DNA of 64,000 bases from an uncultured Spirochaetota bacterium (GTDB lineage: Bacteria > Spirochaetota > Brevinematia > Brevinematales > JAOACQ01). Shown one piece after another: positions 22,110 through 33,289 of the stretch. Location: contig CAWIGG010000004.1 in assembly GCA_963835575.1 (NCBI GenBank), positions 192,001 to 256,000 of the forward strand, given 5' to 3'. The notes under the pieces were generated by a model. The model had not been told where the DNA came from. It made no database searches and worked only from the letters and a program-made list of their open reading frames with translations. A program made the translations under genes and the position numbers. Numbering within the stretch: the stretch's first letter is position 1; each line of letters opens with the position of its first letter.

Positions 22110-23465
22110 TTATTTTAAAAGATTTTTTAGATCAGGAGAAGGATAATAATATTTATTTTTCCCTTGTTTTTCTGTGAGAAGGAAACCATGTGCACTTAAT
22201 AATTTTAAGTCATTTATCGCTGTTAATTTTGAAATCATATGGGTGTTTTTATGGATTGTCGGCGTTGTTTTTTCTTCCGGGTGCTCTATGAAATATTCCA
22301 GTAAATCCAACTGACGGGCATTGAGTCCGTATGTAATCTTAACATTCAGCATCGATTCACTCTGTTTTATTTTTTCCCGAGATTTTTTTAAGAAATAACC
22401 AAGGGAATCATTAATTTTTTGGATATTATAATTTATAAAATAGGTCAGGTCATTATCGTCCTGTTCGCTGTAAAGATAAGCGTTTTCATACTGCTTCCTG
22501 GATCTTAAAATCAAGTAAGAAAAGGACAGATAGGTAAAAATCCAGTAATCTTTTTTTATGAGGTGCCAGTAGAATAAAATCCGGGCTAGCCTTCCGTTTC
22601 CGTCGCAGAAAGGATGCAGATATCCAATCCAGAAATGGATCATGACCGCTTTTGCCACTGGATGGATAAATGACCCCGGATCCTCATCATTGGCAAACAT
22701 GATCAGGCGTTCTATCTCTTTCTCAACAAAATCCGCTTTCGGCGGTATAAAATAGATCGTTTCTCCATCATTTCCCATGACAACAATATTATCGGAGTCA
22801 TTCCGGAACCTTCCGATATCTTTTTGTTCCAGAGTATTTTTAGTCAATGTATCATGCATTTCCAGGAGCAGTTCTTTCGATAATTTCTTGTCCTTGTACT
22901 CTTCCTCAATGGACCGCATGGCCTGATAATTATTAAGGATCATCTGTTCCGACTTGTTAATCGGCTTTCTTCCGGATTTTATCAATTCCTTCGCCATTCT
23001 TCGCGTCGTGTTGGCACCCTCAATCTGGGAGGAAGTTATGGCTTCCTCAAGGATTCCCCGGGTTTTAAATCGATTCATTGTTTTTTTATCTAATTTTGCC
23101 TGTCCTAACACATCCGATCCGAAAGAACCGGCGAACTGTAAGTCTATAAAGTGAAAAAACTCCTCATAATGGGGAAGTTTTACCCACCTAAAGAATTCAC
23201 CTTTTTCATTTTTTACCGGCACTTCAACGGATGCCTCTTTCCTGTATTCTTTGATAGCTATCCATAAATCCTCTTTAACAACATCCGGCAGTTTGTATTT
23301 CAGTTTATCCCAGTAAAGATAATCCGGTCCAAAAGCTAAGGATTTGTATTCTTTATACTTTTGAGCTATTGCATATCTTAAAGCTGGTTCATCACTGGCT
23401 TTATAATCAGGAGGGAGCCTGAGATATTTTTTTAAATCAGGTTTTTCTATCTGGTATAACTTCAT
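22110..23465 (-). CDS. Fic-family protein with inhibitory motif and C-terminal HTH
   Basis: HPFCDGNGRLAR Fic motif; SSQIEG (S/T)xxxE(G/N) motif. Confidence 0.92.
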   Translation of the reverse strand: MKLYQIEKPDLKKYLRLPPDYKASDEPALRYAIAQKYKEYKSLAFGPDYLYWDKLKYKLPDVVKEDLWIAIKEYRKEASVEVPVKNEKGEFFRWVKLPHYEEFFHFIDLQFAGSFGSDVLGQAKLDKKTMNRFKTRGILEEAITSSQIEGANTTRRMAKELIKSGRKPINKSEQMILNNYQAMRSIEEEYKDKKLSKELLLEMHDTLTKNTLEQKDIGRFRNDSDNIVVMGNDGETIYFIPPKADFVEKEIERLIMFANDEDPGSFIHPVAKAVMIHFWIGYLHPFCDGNGRLARILFYWHLIKKDYWIFTYLSFSYLILRSRKQYENAYLYSEQDDNDLTYFINYNIQKINDSLGYFLKKSREKIKQSESMLNVKITYGLNARQLDLLEYFIEHPEEKTTPTIHKNTHMISKLTAINDLKLLSAHGFLLTEKQGKNKYYYPSPDLKNLLK

Positions 23466-23495
23466 ATAAGCCCCAATAGGTACAATAATATTTTA

Positions 23496-23524
23496 ATTAT
23501 ACCTATACTATACCTATTTGTCAA
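23496..23524 (-). promoter_or_regulatory. Consensus sigma70 promoter of fic
   Basis: TTGACA-17-TATAAT on minus strand. Confidence 0.75.
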
Positions 23525-23708
23525 TATTCAACAGGTATATTTTTATATATAACTTACCTATTATATACCAATAAAAGGATAATCAGCGCAAATCCGCCGT
23601 ATCCATGTCATCAGTGTTCACAATCGGATATTATAATGAAAGAATCTCTGATTTTTATTTTACAAAAAGAAATATATTTCCTTTCCCGTCTTCCCGACTT
23701 CCTGTGAA

Positions 23709-24857
23709 TTAACTCTTTTTCCTAATAAACAACCCTGCCGCGGGGACGCAGAACAACGCAAAGAGCGCCATGGAGATAAAGATCGATACCGTGCCGAAAA
23801 AGTCTCCGACAAGCCCGAACAAGGTGGAAACAAAAACGGTGCCGAATGTATAAAAAGCGATGAATGTATTGTTAAGGGAGAATTTTTCCCTGTCATGGCC
23901 TGAATCCACAAAGGCCGCACTGAGGACGGGATACAGGATCGAATGGCCCAGACCGTATAGAAGGCCGATGCCGTAGAGCTGCCATGGAAAATGAAGGACG
24001 GCCGTCAAAATCATCGAAAAGAATACCAAACCTGAGCCCAGCATGACAAGGTCCCTTTTCGAAGTCCGGTCGATAAACCTCGAAAATACCGCCCTGGAAA
24101 GAAAGGCGATCAAGGCGTTCGCAATAAAATAGGCCGAAAGGTTCGCCATCCCCAGCCTCTCTTTCGTGAAATTGGGAATAAACGTGGCCAGGACGCTCCA
24201 GCCTCCACCGACCATGATCCCGGCGATGATGAGAACAAACAGTTCTTTCCTCTTTATGACATCCCAGAATGAAATGCTGATATGGTCCTCTTTCTTCTGC
24301 TTTTCTTTCTGGATAAAGAAGACCAAAATAAGCGCCAGCAGGCAGAATAGCCATGAAAGCGCAAATAAATAGCGCGGATGAAGATATTTGACAATCAGTT
24401 CGCCGAAATAGGAACCGGCCGGGCCGGCCAGGACGCCTGAAAGGCCGAAGATCGCGATCCCGCCCGTCCTGTATTTTTGGGGGATGATCTCAAAGGCAAG
24501 GCCGGCGTTTATGGTAAATCCGAAAGCGTAGGAAAACGAAGCCAGAAACTGCATAAAGAGAAGGAACAGGAGATTCTCAGGGAACAGGAACATGAAAATG
24601 AGGGCGAAAAACTGCAGGATAAAGCCGGTGAGCAGAAGCTTTTTTTTATCCGCCCGGTCGGCCATTTTTGTGAAGAATACGACAAAAATGACCAGGACAA
24701 GCGAGCTCAGGTTCATGAAAAAACCGATAAAGCCTTTTGTCGCCCCCAGAGTGGTAAGATAAGGCGGCAGCATATTGAGAGAATTCCGCGTTGTAAAAAA
24801 GAAAAAATTCTCGAGAAACAATATTAAAAAAGCCGGGCTGAACAGAACTTTTTTCAT
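23709..24857 (-). CDS. MFS transporter
   Basis: About 12 TM segments, motif-A-like KMADRADKK and RFIDRTSKR. Confidence 0.88.
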   Translation of the reverse strand: MKKVLFSPAFLILFLENFFFFTTRNSLNMLPPYLTTLGATKGFIGFFMNLSSLVLVIFVVFFTKMADRADKKKLLLTGFILQFFALIFMFLFPENLLFLLFMQFLASFSYAFGFTINAGLAFEIIPQKYRTGGIAIFGLSGVLAGPAGSYFGELIVKYLHPRYLFALSWLFCLLALILVFFIQKEKQKKEDHISISFWDVIKRKELFVLIIAGIMVGGGWSVLATFIPNFTKERLGMANLSAYFIANALIAFLSRAVFSRFIDRTSKRDLVMLGSGLVFFSMILTAVLHFPWQLYGIGLLYGLGHSILYPVLSAAFVDSGHDREKFSLNNTFIAFYTFGTVFVSTLFGLVGDFFGTVSIFISMALFALFCVPAAGLFIRKKS

Positions 24858-25029
24858 AATAAATGTTAAAACCTGTATAACTGTATAATTTAATTATTGA
24901 GAATTAATGTGATTAAAAAGCTCAAGAGGAATAGTTTAAGATAAACGGCTTAAAATCGCAAAATAATACTTCTTGCCCGTCTGTTCTGATAGATTTTATT
25001 ATTAAAAGCTTATCAATAACCCTTTTTTT

Positions 25030-25058
25030 TTGACAACCGGTTAAAAGATTCTTAAAAT
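25030..25058 (+). promoter_or_regulatory. sigma70 promoter of ankyrin gene
   Basis: TTGACA-17-TAAAAT. Confidence 0.65.
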
Positions 25059-25086
25059 CATATCTTATGATTCCGGAGGTCGATCT

Positions 25087-25926
25087 ATGAAAAGAACAAT
25101 GATACTATTTCTGGCAATATTAATCCCGGCGGTATACGGATTTTCGCTGACAGCCGATGAGGACCAGCTGCTCAAAGCGGCGAAAAGCGGCGACACGGTA
25201 TTACTAAAGCAATTGATTAAAAAAGGCATCAACCTGAACGTCAGGGAACAGGACGGCACAACGGCATTGATGTGGTCTGCCTGGAACGGACAGGCGGAAG
25301 CGGTGGACGCGCTGCTCAACACACGGGGTTTTTTCGAGAAGCTTTCCCGCGGAGGAGTTGATGTAAACGCTCAAAATGGTTATAAAGTCACGGCGCTGCT
25401 TATGTCCGCGGGGACCAACAACTGGGATACCATCGACAGATTAAAAATAATGAATTTGCTCCTGAAAGCAGGGGCCGATGTGAACGCCAGGGACGATTCG
25501 GGCTGGACGGCCCTTATGGGAGCCGCATATGCCGGACGGCTGCAGGCTGTAAAACTCCTGCTGGAAAGCCGGGGATTTTTCTCAAAAATCACCGGCCAGG
25601 GAATTAAGTTAAACGTGATCAATAGTTACGGCATGTCCGCCCTGCTTCTTTCGACCGGGACAACAGTCTGGGGTTCCGATGAGCAGCTGCAGATTTTAGA
25701 CTTGATCCTGAAAGCGGGAGCGGATCCGGATATTAGAGACAGGAACGACCTGACGGCTTTGATGACCGCAAGTATGACCGGAAGGATTGAAGCGGTTAAA
25801 CTGCTTCTTAAGGCCCATGCCAATATAAATTTGACGGCCCACAACAGTAAAACGGCCTTGATGTTTGCCCTGGACAATAAACACAATGATATAGCCAATC
25901 TGCTTAAAGCGCTTGGAACAAAGTAA
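25087..25926 (+). CDS. Exported ankyrin-repeat protein
   Basis: Signal peptide; repeated G.TALM.AA..G....V.LLL..GAD.N. Confidence 0.9.
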   Translation: MKRTMILFLAILIPAVYGFSLTADEDQLLKAAKSGDTVLLKQLIKKGINLNVREQDGTTALMWSAWNGQAEAVDALLNTRGFFEKLSRGGVDVNAQNGYKVTALLMSAGTNNWDTIDRLKIMNLLLKAGADVNARDDSGWTALMGAAYAGRLQAVKLLLESRGFFSKITGQGIKLNVINSYGMSALLLSTGTTVWGSDEQLQILDLILKAGADPDIRDRNDLTALMTASMTGRIEAVKLLLKAHANINLTAHNSKTALMFALDNKHNDIANLLKALGTK

Positions 25927-26043
25927 TTAGCTGTTAGCTTTTAGCTTTTAGCGGTTGGCGGCTAAAAGCTAGATGCTAACTAACAGCACGGAATGAAGTA
26001 AAAATACTGGAATATATATAATTTATTTAACAGCTTAAGATTT

Positions 26044-26088
26044 CACACACTAAGTCCGTCATTGACGGACTTAGTGTGTGTTTTTTTC
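26044..26088. terminator. Long perfect hairpin, likely terminator
   Basis: cacacactaagtccgtca-t-tgacggacttagtgtgtg plus T-run. Confidence 0.65.
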
Positions 26089-26096
26089 AGCAAGCC

Positions 26097-26552
26097 CTAT
26101 TTATAAAAAATAGAACTGAGAGCCAATACTATTGACAGACATGAAATGGCCAGAATGCAGACGACGGAAAAGATATTCGCCAGTTTTGAATTCACATATT
26201 CGCCCATCACCTTCCTGTCATTAATAATAAAGAGCATGGCGATCAGGACAACGCTGTTGACAAACTGGGAAAACCACATGATCATAATAAGCGGAAGGTT
26301 TGGAAAAAGGACCACAACAGAACCGATAACGATGAGGAATGTATAAAGAAGATAAAACTGCGGCGCCTCTGAAAATTTTTTATCCACGCCTGTCTCCCAG
26401 CCGAAGCTTTCGCTGACGCTGAACGCCGTCGACAGCGGCAGAATGGACGCGGCAAATAAGGACGCGTTCAGTAGCCCGAAGGCGAATAAAAGCGCGTTGT
26501 ATTCCCCGGCTATGGGCTTGAGGGCGATTGCCGCGTCGGCGGCTGTCTGGAT
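26097..26552 (-). pseudogene. 3' fragment of an Nramp-family transporter (paralog of 28000-29268)
   Basis: Startless frame IQTAADAAIALKPIAG...FGWETGVDKKFSEAPQFY aligns to IDEAKDAALALKPLAG...FGFEAGINKKFSEAPQFY. Confidence 0.8.
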
Positions 26553-26713
26553 ATATTATAAAATGGCAATATTGTTTATCAAGCTCATAAATCAATTATT
26601 TTTTAATAGTTTGAAAATTTATTATCAGCACATTAGAATAATACTGTAGGTTTTCCTCACATTAATTAATTATTATCTAATTAAAGTTTGCTTTTTGCTT
26701 GAAGGTAATCAAA

Positions 26714-27991
26714 ATGCATTATGATAAAAATTCTGTTTATCTTTCAAACCTGATCCAATTTTCTATAAAAGTCGGCGCTCACAATAAAAAAATCGGCAGG
26801 GTTATTGACGTTTCTGCAAGCCTTAAACAGGCTTATCCTAAAGTATCCGGCATCATGATCAAAAGAAAAAAAAATGAAACCTTATATATTCCCTGGTCAA
26901 ATGTAAAAAAAGTATATATTAAAGGGAAAACTATTTTTATAAAGGATGTTCCTTTAAAATCCAATCTTCCGAAAAACTTTTCAGAAAATGAAATTATGAT
27001 TAAAGCAACTTTTCTGGATAAGCAGATAGTTGATATTTCGGGTTCCAAGGTAGTCCGGGTAAATGACCTTCATTTTTTTATTGAGAATGAAAACTTATGG
27101 CTTATTCATATTGACGTTGGAATTAAAGGATTATTAAGAAGACTGGGCTGGCTTAAATTTTTTAACGGTTTAACGCAATGGCTTCTTTCCAGGGAAATTA
27201 AAGACAAATTTATTCCATGGAAATATTCTCAGCCTATCGGCACGACAAATATCCATGGGGCCCTCTCCCTGAAAATATCCTCAGCGAGTTTATCTGAAAT
27301 CCATCCGGCCGACCTGGCTGATATATTAGAGGACCTTGGATATGACGAAAGGCTTCTTTTATTTCATTCGCTTGATTACCCGACCTCTGCGAAAACCTTA
27401 CAGGAATTGCCTCTTTCAATGCGCACCCAAATAGCAGAAGAAATACCGCCGGGGCGTTTCGCGAATATTATTAATGAAATGGCGATAGACGAGGTCGTTG
27501 ACCTTCTTGACAAACTTCCGCAAGAGAAAATTGAGCAGTTATATATGTCGCTTCCGATGGAAAAGGTTGTTGAAATAGAAGAGCTGTTGTCTCAATCCGG
27601 AAGCGGCGCCGGCAGCCTTATGAATACGGAATTTATCGCGGTGAATAAAAAATTCACCGTCAAGAAAGTTTTGAATTTGATCAAAAAAGAATACAGTAAG
27701 GCCGAATCCATATATTATATTTATGTCGTTGATGACAATCAAATCCTTATCGGCGTCGTCACGCTCAGGGACCTCCTCATGTCAGGGCCTGAAACAGCCG
27801 TTTTTGACATTATGCGGGAAAGCATAGTTAAAATCGATATTCATGAAAAAGTCAGAAGGATCGCAAAAATTTTTTTTAAATATAATTTCAATGTTGTTCC
27901 GGTTGTTGATAAACATGGTGTGATAAAGGGAATCATTTCCATGAAAGATGCTCTGGAACAGGTTTTCCCGGAAATGAGGGATGATTCTTAA
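26714..27991 (+). CDS. PRC-barrel / MgtE-N / CBS domain protein (soluble MgtE-like)
   Basis: LDKQIVD..G.KVVRVNDL, HPADLADILE, AGSLM, tandem CBS; TTG 26699 is an alternative start. Confidence 0.85.
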   Translation: MHYDKNSVYLSNLIQFSIKVGAHNKKIGRVIDVSASLKQAYPKVSGIMIKRKKNETLYIPWSNVKKVYIKGKTIFIKDVPLKSNLPKNFSENEIMIKATFLDKQIVDISGSKVVRVNDLHFFIENENLWLIHIDVGIKGLLRRLGWLKFFNGLTQWLLSREIKDKFIPWKYSQPIGTTNIHGALSLKISSASLSEIHPADLADILEDLGYDERLLLFHSLDYPTSAKTLQELPLSMRTQIAEEIPPGRFANIINEMAIDEVVDLLDKLPQEKIEQLYMSLPMEKVVEIEELLSQSGSGAGSLMNTEFIAVNKKFTVKKVLNLIKKEYSKAESIYYIYVVDDNQILIGVVTLRDLLMSGPETAVFDIMRESIVKIDIHEKVRRIAKIFFKYNFNVVPVVDKHGVIKGIISMKDALEQVFPEMRDDS

Positions 27992-27999
27992 AAAAATAT

Positions 28000-29268
28000 T
28001 TATTGTTTTGTAAGCGATTGTATAATCGGCGAAACAAATAAAACCACACTCAGTATGATGAGAACAATTGTGGTAGTCCACCCTGTGACATTCTGGAATA
28101 AATTATTCCGGTGTTCCCCCATCACATCTTTTCTCCCGATTATAATGATCATACAAATCAGGACGACGGGCAGGAGTACTGCATTAAGAACCTGCGACCA
28201 TATTGTAATCAAAATGAGCGGCGCGTTTGGCAATAAAATAACAATAACCGCAATGACAATAATCGCTGTAAATAATGCGTAAAACTGCGGGGCTTCACTG
28301 AATTTTTTATTGATGCCCGCTTCAAAGCCGAAAGCTTCGCATACATAGAATGCCGTCGCTATGGGAAGGATGGCCGCTGCAAATATCGAAGCGACAAAAA
28401 GCCCGAACGCAAAAAGCGCCGAGGCAAAAATCCCTGCAAGAGGTTTAAGAGCAAGTGCAGCGTCTTTCGCCTCATCTATTTTCACGCCGTTTACATTCAG
28501 CGTTGCCGCACAGGCGACAACAATAAAAAAAGCGACAATGATAGTAACAGTACTTCCTATTATAACATCCCACACCGTGAATTTATAATCATCAATCTTA
28601 ATGCCCTTTTCTATAACCGCTGATTGCATATAAAACTGCATCCACGGCGCGATGGTCGTACCGATAATCCCAAGCACCATGCTGATATAATCGGGATTCC
28701 ATTGTATAGACGGGCTGATCAGCCCTCTCCCGACTGCATTCCAGTCGGGTTTTGATAATAAAGCCGATACAATATAAGAGAGCAGAAAAAAACTGAGAAC
28801 CAAAAATATCCTTTCTGAAATTTTATAATTTCCTTTAACAACAAAAATCCAGACCAGCAGGGCCGCTAATGGAACGCTGATGTATTTACTGATCCCAAAA
28901 ACCATCATACTGCCGGCCACGCCGGCAAACTCAGTGGCAGTATTGCCGATATCCGCGATCAGGAGAAAAACGAATATTAAAAAAGTGATCTTGACGCCGA
29001 AATTTTCCCTGATGAGGTCCGCCAGCCCTTTGCCCGTCACAATACCCATACGGGCATTCATTTCCTGGACAACTATAAGAACAATAAAAGACGGAATCAG
29101 CACCCATAACAGATGATATCCGTATATCGCACCGGCAACCGAGTAAGTGGTAATACCGCCGGCATCGTTATCCACACTGCCCGTGATAATACCCGGGCCC
29201 ATAATGCTAAGAAATATCAATATATTCCTTAATGCGGGATTTTCTTTAATCTTTTGAAAGAATTTCAC
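28000..29268 (-). CDS. Nramp-family divalent metal transporter
   Basis: GPGII...DNDAGGITTYS, QEM.ARMG, GTTIAPWMQF. Confidence 0.9.
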   Translation of the reverse strand: MKFFQKIKENPALRNILIFLSIMGPGIITGSVDNDAGGITTYSVAGAIYGYHLLWVLIPSFIVLIVVQEMNARMGIVTGKGLADLIRENFGVKITFLIFVFLLIADIGNTATEFAGVAGSMMVFGISKYISVPLAALLVWIFVVKGNYKISERIFLVLSFFLLSYIVSALLSKPDWNAVGRGLISPSIQWNPDYISMVLGIIGTTIAPWMQFYMQSAVIEKGIKIDDYKFTVWDVIIGSTVTIIVAFFIVVACAATLNVNGVKIDEAKDAALALKPLAGIFASALFAFGLFVASIFAAAILPIATAFYVCEAFGFEAGINKKFSEAPQFYALFTAIIVIAVIVILLPNAPLILITIWSQVLNAVLLPVVLICMIIIIGRKDVMGEHRNNLFQNVTGWTTTIVLIILSVVLFVSPIIQSLTKQ

Positions 29269-29347
29269 CTAATCCTCCGTTTAAGGAGTTAAGTTAATTT
29301 TTGTTTTAATGAATATTTTTTTGAATTTGACGCATTTATAAGCTTGT

Positions 29348-30529
29348 CTATTCCTTGGTAATCAGCTTGATTTCCACACGCCTGTTCAAACTTCTGCCTT
29401 CGTCTGTTGTGTTCGGCGCTAACGCGTTTTTGCTTCCGAGGCCTATGTAGGATAGCCTAGTCGGGCTGATACCTTTTTTTATCAGGAAATCCGCGACAGT
29501 CTTTGCCCTGTTTTCGGATAAAAGCAGGTTGTAGTTTTCCGATCCGACATTGTCCGTATATCCCGATACGGCAATATCGATCTGGGGATATTTCCTGAGA
29601 ACGTCCGCGACAGATTCCAGTTTTTTCTCAAACTCGCTTTTAAGAGAATATTTATTAAAATCAAATAATATGTTCCCGAGGCTTAAAATTATCCCGTCCG
29701 CGACATCTCTTATGGAAATCCCGCTGTTTTTAGATATTTTATTGCTCATCTCGGTAATAATTTCCTTTTTCTGGTCGCCGCCGATATCGCTTACCAGTTC
29801 GCCCTTGCCTTCCGATTGCCCGGTATAATAAACGGTCTCGCCTGTATGAAGCGTATAGAGGAAAGCGTAATCTTCATTATAAAAAGCGGGGCAGCTGTTC
29901 GAAATATCCCAGTAATAAATGGAATGGGAATAACCCGTAAAGCTGAATATGTTCGGGTCGTTCTTGGGGTAGTGCATGATATGATAATCAATTGAAAATT
30001 TCGAGTACATCTTGTTTTCTATCAATTCATCGCCGAGGTAAATATAATAAACAGGGAAATCGGCCTTCATGATATTATTACGGGTCAGAATCCCTTCATG
30101 AATTTCCTCCCCATCCGCCTTCCATGAATCCCCCGGCTTTAGATCATTGGTCGGGAAGGTCGGGACGCTCCGTAGAACCGGCATTAAAACATCAGAGGAA
30201 ACTATCATTTTTCCCAATTCATCCTGATAAAAACTGCTTCCGTATTCATTTTCAAGTTTATAGGACTCGTTTAAATTAATGTTTTTTTCATAATAATCGT
30301 ATTTTCCCTGATAGAGAGCGTAATCATTGCTTAATTTTATCACCTCAAGCATTGCTTTATCCATCGATTCAACGCTCCTGTTTATGACCCCATTGACAAA
30401 CACATCCTGCTTGATAAGATTTTTAATCCTGTATTTTCTTCCAACAGTATTGTCATAGCGGAACACTGTACCAAAGATGAGACAGGGGATAAAAAAAGCA
30501 ATCAATAGAAAAATTGCTCTTTTTTTCAT
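29348..30529 (-). CDS. OmpA-family protein
   Basis: ILFDFNK, GYTDNVG, N..LSE.RA, NRRVEI; signal peptide. Confidence 0.9.
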   Translation of the reverse strand: MKKRAIFLLIAFFIPCLIFGTVFRYDNTVGRKYRIKNLIKQDVFVNGVINRSVESMDKAMLEVIKLSNDYALYQGKYDYYEKNINLNESYKLENEYGSSFYQDELGKMIVSSDVLMPVLRSVPTFPTNDLKPGDSWKADGEEIHEGILTRNNIMKADFPVYYIYLGDELIENKMYSKFSIDYHIMHYPKNDPNIFSFTGYSHSIYYWDISNSCPAFYNEDYAFLYTLHTGETVYYTGQSEGKGELVSDIGGDQKKEIITEMSNKISKNSGISIRDVADGIILSLGNILFDFNKYSLKSEFEKKLESVADVLRKYPQIDIAVSGYTDNVGSENYNLLLSENRAKTVADFLIKKGISPTRLSYIGLGSKNALAPNTTDEGRSLNRRVEIKLITKE

Positions 30530-30575
30530 CTTTTCCTCCCTGAAAAGAAAAAACGGGGAGCAAGTCCCCGTTTAT

Positions 30576-30809
30576 TTACTGATGACTTTTAATATAATTT
30601 ACCGCATCACCAACATTCTTGAGGTTTTGAGCCTCTTCATCGGGAATATCAATACCGAACTCTTCTTCCAGAGCCATAATTAAATCAACAATATCCAGAG
30701 AATCGGCTCCTAAATCTTCAATAAATGAAGCTTCGGGCTTAACAGCACCTTCATCCACTCCCAGCTTGTCCACAATAATCTCCTTTACCTTGTCAAAAAC
30801 ATCAGCCAT
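30576..30809 (-). CDS. acpP: Acyl carrier protein
   Basis: DLGADSLD motif; SD GGAGG; TTGACA-17-TAAAAT promoter at 30878-30906. Confidence 0.95.
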   Translation of the reverse strand: MADVFDKVKEIIVDKLGVDEGAVKPEASFIEDLGADSLDIVDLIMALEEEFGIDIPDEEAQNLKNVGDAVNYIKSHQ

Positions 30810-31035
30810 AAAAACCTCCTCTATTAATAACAACATTACGCAGGGTGCTCATTGATCCTAAAAAACCACTCTTCATCATTTTATTAGTTCAAAATAATTC
30901 TGTCAAGATATCTATAAATAGTTTTTCTTTAAGATATTATCTGATTTTTTTTTATAAAACCATACATTTGCCGCTGAAAATATGAAATAAACGCTGTATA
31001 TTGTCGATAAAGATAATAAATCGGACAGGGAAAAC

Positions 31036-31671
31036 ATGAAGAAAATTATATATATATTATTTCTATCTTTAATCATCAGCCCGGGTTTTTCTCAGGATGA
31101 AAGAGTATCTGCCTTTTATTCTCAGGTGGTCAGGATCGCGAAGGAATCCATCGGATTAAAAAGGGTGCCTCCCATTAACGGTAAATATTTCACATCCGAC
31201 TGCATCGGCTTCGTACGGTATGTTTATTACAGGGCCGGCTTTGATCTTGTCAGCGCATATGGGGGCAACGGCAGGGGCGGGGTCAGCCTGCTCTATAACG
31301 GACTGGCAAGATACGGATTTACTTATAAAAGCAAACAGGCGAATCCGGGCGATCTGGTATTTTTTGATAACACCTATGATGTTAACAGGAATGGAAAATG
31401 GGATGATCCCTTAAGTCACATCGGTATAATCACAGGCGCCGGAGAATATAACACTTTGCATTATATCCATTTCGCCAACCATGGTGTTGCGGAGGACGAG
31501 CTTAATCTCTATTACCCCAATACGCACGCGTTCCGCCAGCCGAACGGGAACCTTTTTGTCATCAATTCCTATCTCAGGGTCAATAGAGGGGAAGGCTACG
31601 CTAAAAAGGATTATGTCGCTGCGTTCTTTTACCGGGCTTTTGCCCATATCAGGCTGAAGGCCAAAGATTGA
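31036..31671 (+). CDS. NlpC/P60 (CHAP-like) cell-wall hydrolase
   Basis: DC.GFV, PGDLVFF, SHIGI; signal peptide. Confidence 0.8.
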   Translation: MKKIIYILFLSLIISPGFSQDERVSAFYSQVVRIAKESIGLKRVPPINGKYFTSDCIGFVRYVYYRAGFDLVSAYGGNGRGGVSLLYNGLARYGFTYKSKQANPGDLVFFDNTYDVNRNGKWDDPLSHIGIITGAGEYNTLHYIHFANHGVAEDELNLYYPNTHAFRQPNGNLFVINSYLRVNRGEGYAKKDYVAAFFYRAFAHIRLKAKD

Positions 31672-31756
31672 GTTATACAAAAAGTCTTTCGTTCTCACAC
31701 ATCCGTTAATTCATAAGAATAAACCCGGCAAAAATTAGAACTGATTTACGGGAAAG

Positions 31757-31868
31757 CCCGCTAATGACGCGAATAGATGCGAATGGGTACGAATGATATT
31801 AATTTGTGTTCGTGGTAAAACCCGCTTATAAAAAATATAAATTAGCGTTAATTTGCGTGATTCGCGGG
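31757..31868. repeat. Intergenic inverted repeat of ~9-10-nt tandem units
   Basis: cccgctaatgacgcgaatagatgcgaat ... attagcgttaatttgcgtgattcgcggg. Confidence 0.7.
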
Positions 31869-31981
31869 AAGAAAACCCATTTAGTCAGTGAATCTTGGTG
31901 TTCGGAGCCTGTCCTGAACGAAAGCGAAGGATGTCTTGGTGGTAAAAGAAGAAGGGATTTTTGGTTATAAACAGCCGCTCA

Positions 31982-32563
31982 TTATTCCAGCATCTTTCTC
32001 TGAACGCGGGCAGACTGCTCCGGGTCCATAAGCGAAAGTAGATAAGGCACCTGGGATTTCCGTCCCGTTTCCTGGGCATGGGCATCCATTCTTTTAAAAA
32101 TATCAATGATCATCAGGTCATCCTGCTTTTCCAGGATTTTTACCGAGGCCTGCGGAGGCATGTTTTCAATCTGCAGCGCCACTTGGTCCACTCGTTTATC
32201 ATAAGATTCTTTTTCAGCTTTTTCTTTCTCGAAGTTATCGATCATATTCTTAACATCTTCTTTTTCACGGGCGACATTTTCCTTATCAATGGCTATTTTT
32301 CTGGATTCTTCCTCAAGCTTTTTCTTTTCCTCATCAAAATTCCTGATCCTTTCATCCAGCGTCTGCCATTTCTTCTCCAGCTCGACTTTTTCAAGCAGAT
32401 AAGGATCTTCTATTTTAACGGCATAGGTCTGCCGGATGAAAGGCACCTGGTTGATGATCTGCCTGTAATCGATAATCTGAAGCAAATCCAGAAGGTATAT
32501 AGCCAGAAACGCCAGACCCAGATTGATAAAAAGCAAAAATAAAATCCTTCTATTTCTGGTCAT
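31982..32563 (-). CDS. FlbB/MotE-like flagellar protein
   Basis: N-terminal TM, coiled coil, MPPQ.SV.IL and LSLMDP motifs; next to fliJ. Confidence 0.7.
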   Translation of the reverse strand: MTRNRRILFLLFINLGLAFLAIYLLDLLQIIDYRQIINQVPFIRQTYAVKIEDPYLLEKVELEKKWQTLDERIRNFDEEKKKLEEESRKIAIDKENVAREKEDVKNMIDNFEKEKAEKESYDKRVDQVALQIENMPPQASVKILEKQDDLMIIDIFKRMDAHAQETGRKSQVPYLLSLMDPEQSARVQRKMLE

Positions 32564-32584
32564 AATAATTTCTTCTCCGCTTTT

Positions 32585-33289
32585 TTATTTAAAATTATTA
32601 TATTCATTATAATACTGCAGCACATTTTTAACATAATTTTCGGTCTCTTCAAAAGGAGGGATACCGCCGAATTTATCCACCGCTTCAGGACCGGCATTAT
32701 AAGCGGCAAGCGAGAGGTTCAGATCATTGTCATATTTATTGAGAAGGGCCTTAAGGAACCTGGTGCCGCCCATCACGTTTTCCCTGACATCAAGAGGATT
32801 ATTCACGCCGAGGACTTCCGCCGTCTGCGGCATGAGCTGCATGAGCCCCATTGCGCCTTTCGATGAAACAGCTTCCGGATTATACTGCGATTCCTGCTGA
32901 ATGACCGCTTTAATCAGTGATTTATCCACATGATAAAGATGCGAGGCCTCGTCAATCACCTGGCTGACATTTGAACTGCCGTCTTTCGTCTTGAGATTTT
33001 TATACAGCAATTCCAGGAGCTCTTTATTATCGTTCTTTGTCCCGGCGAGCTGGTTTATTTTATTATAATCCAGCAGGTTGTCCTGACCGGGAAGGCTGTT
33101 ATTCTCATCCAGCACCTGCTGAAGTATCTCGCTGAACTTAGGGTCTTCCTGTGTTTTGTTTTCCTGGTTTTCCTTTGTACTGAGATTGACCGGATTGATT
33201 GTCGGGTTCTTTCCTATAGAGCGGATTTCGTCGATCCGGGAATTTATTTCCCCGATCCGGCCTATAACGCCGCTCAGTCCTTCTATCAT
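32585..33289 (-). CDS. Lytic transglycosylase (SLT domain)
   Basis: QES, AVSSKGAMGLMQLMP, AAYNAGP, ET..YV; SD GGAGGG before ATG 33289. Confidence 0.92.
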   Translation of the reverse strand: MIEGLSGVIGRIGEINSRIDEIRSIGKNPTINPVNLSTKENQENKTQEDPKFSEILQQVLDENNSLPGQDNLLDYNKINQLAGTKNDNKELLELLYKNLKTKDGSSNVSQVIDEASHLYHVDKSLIKAVIQQESQYNPEAVSSKGAMGLMQLMPQTAEVLGVNNPLDVRENVMGGTRFLKALLNKYDNDLNLSLAAYNAGPEAVDKFGGIPPFEETENYVKNVLQYYNEYNNFK

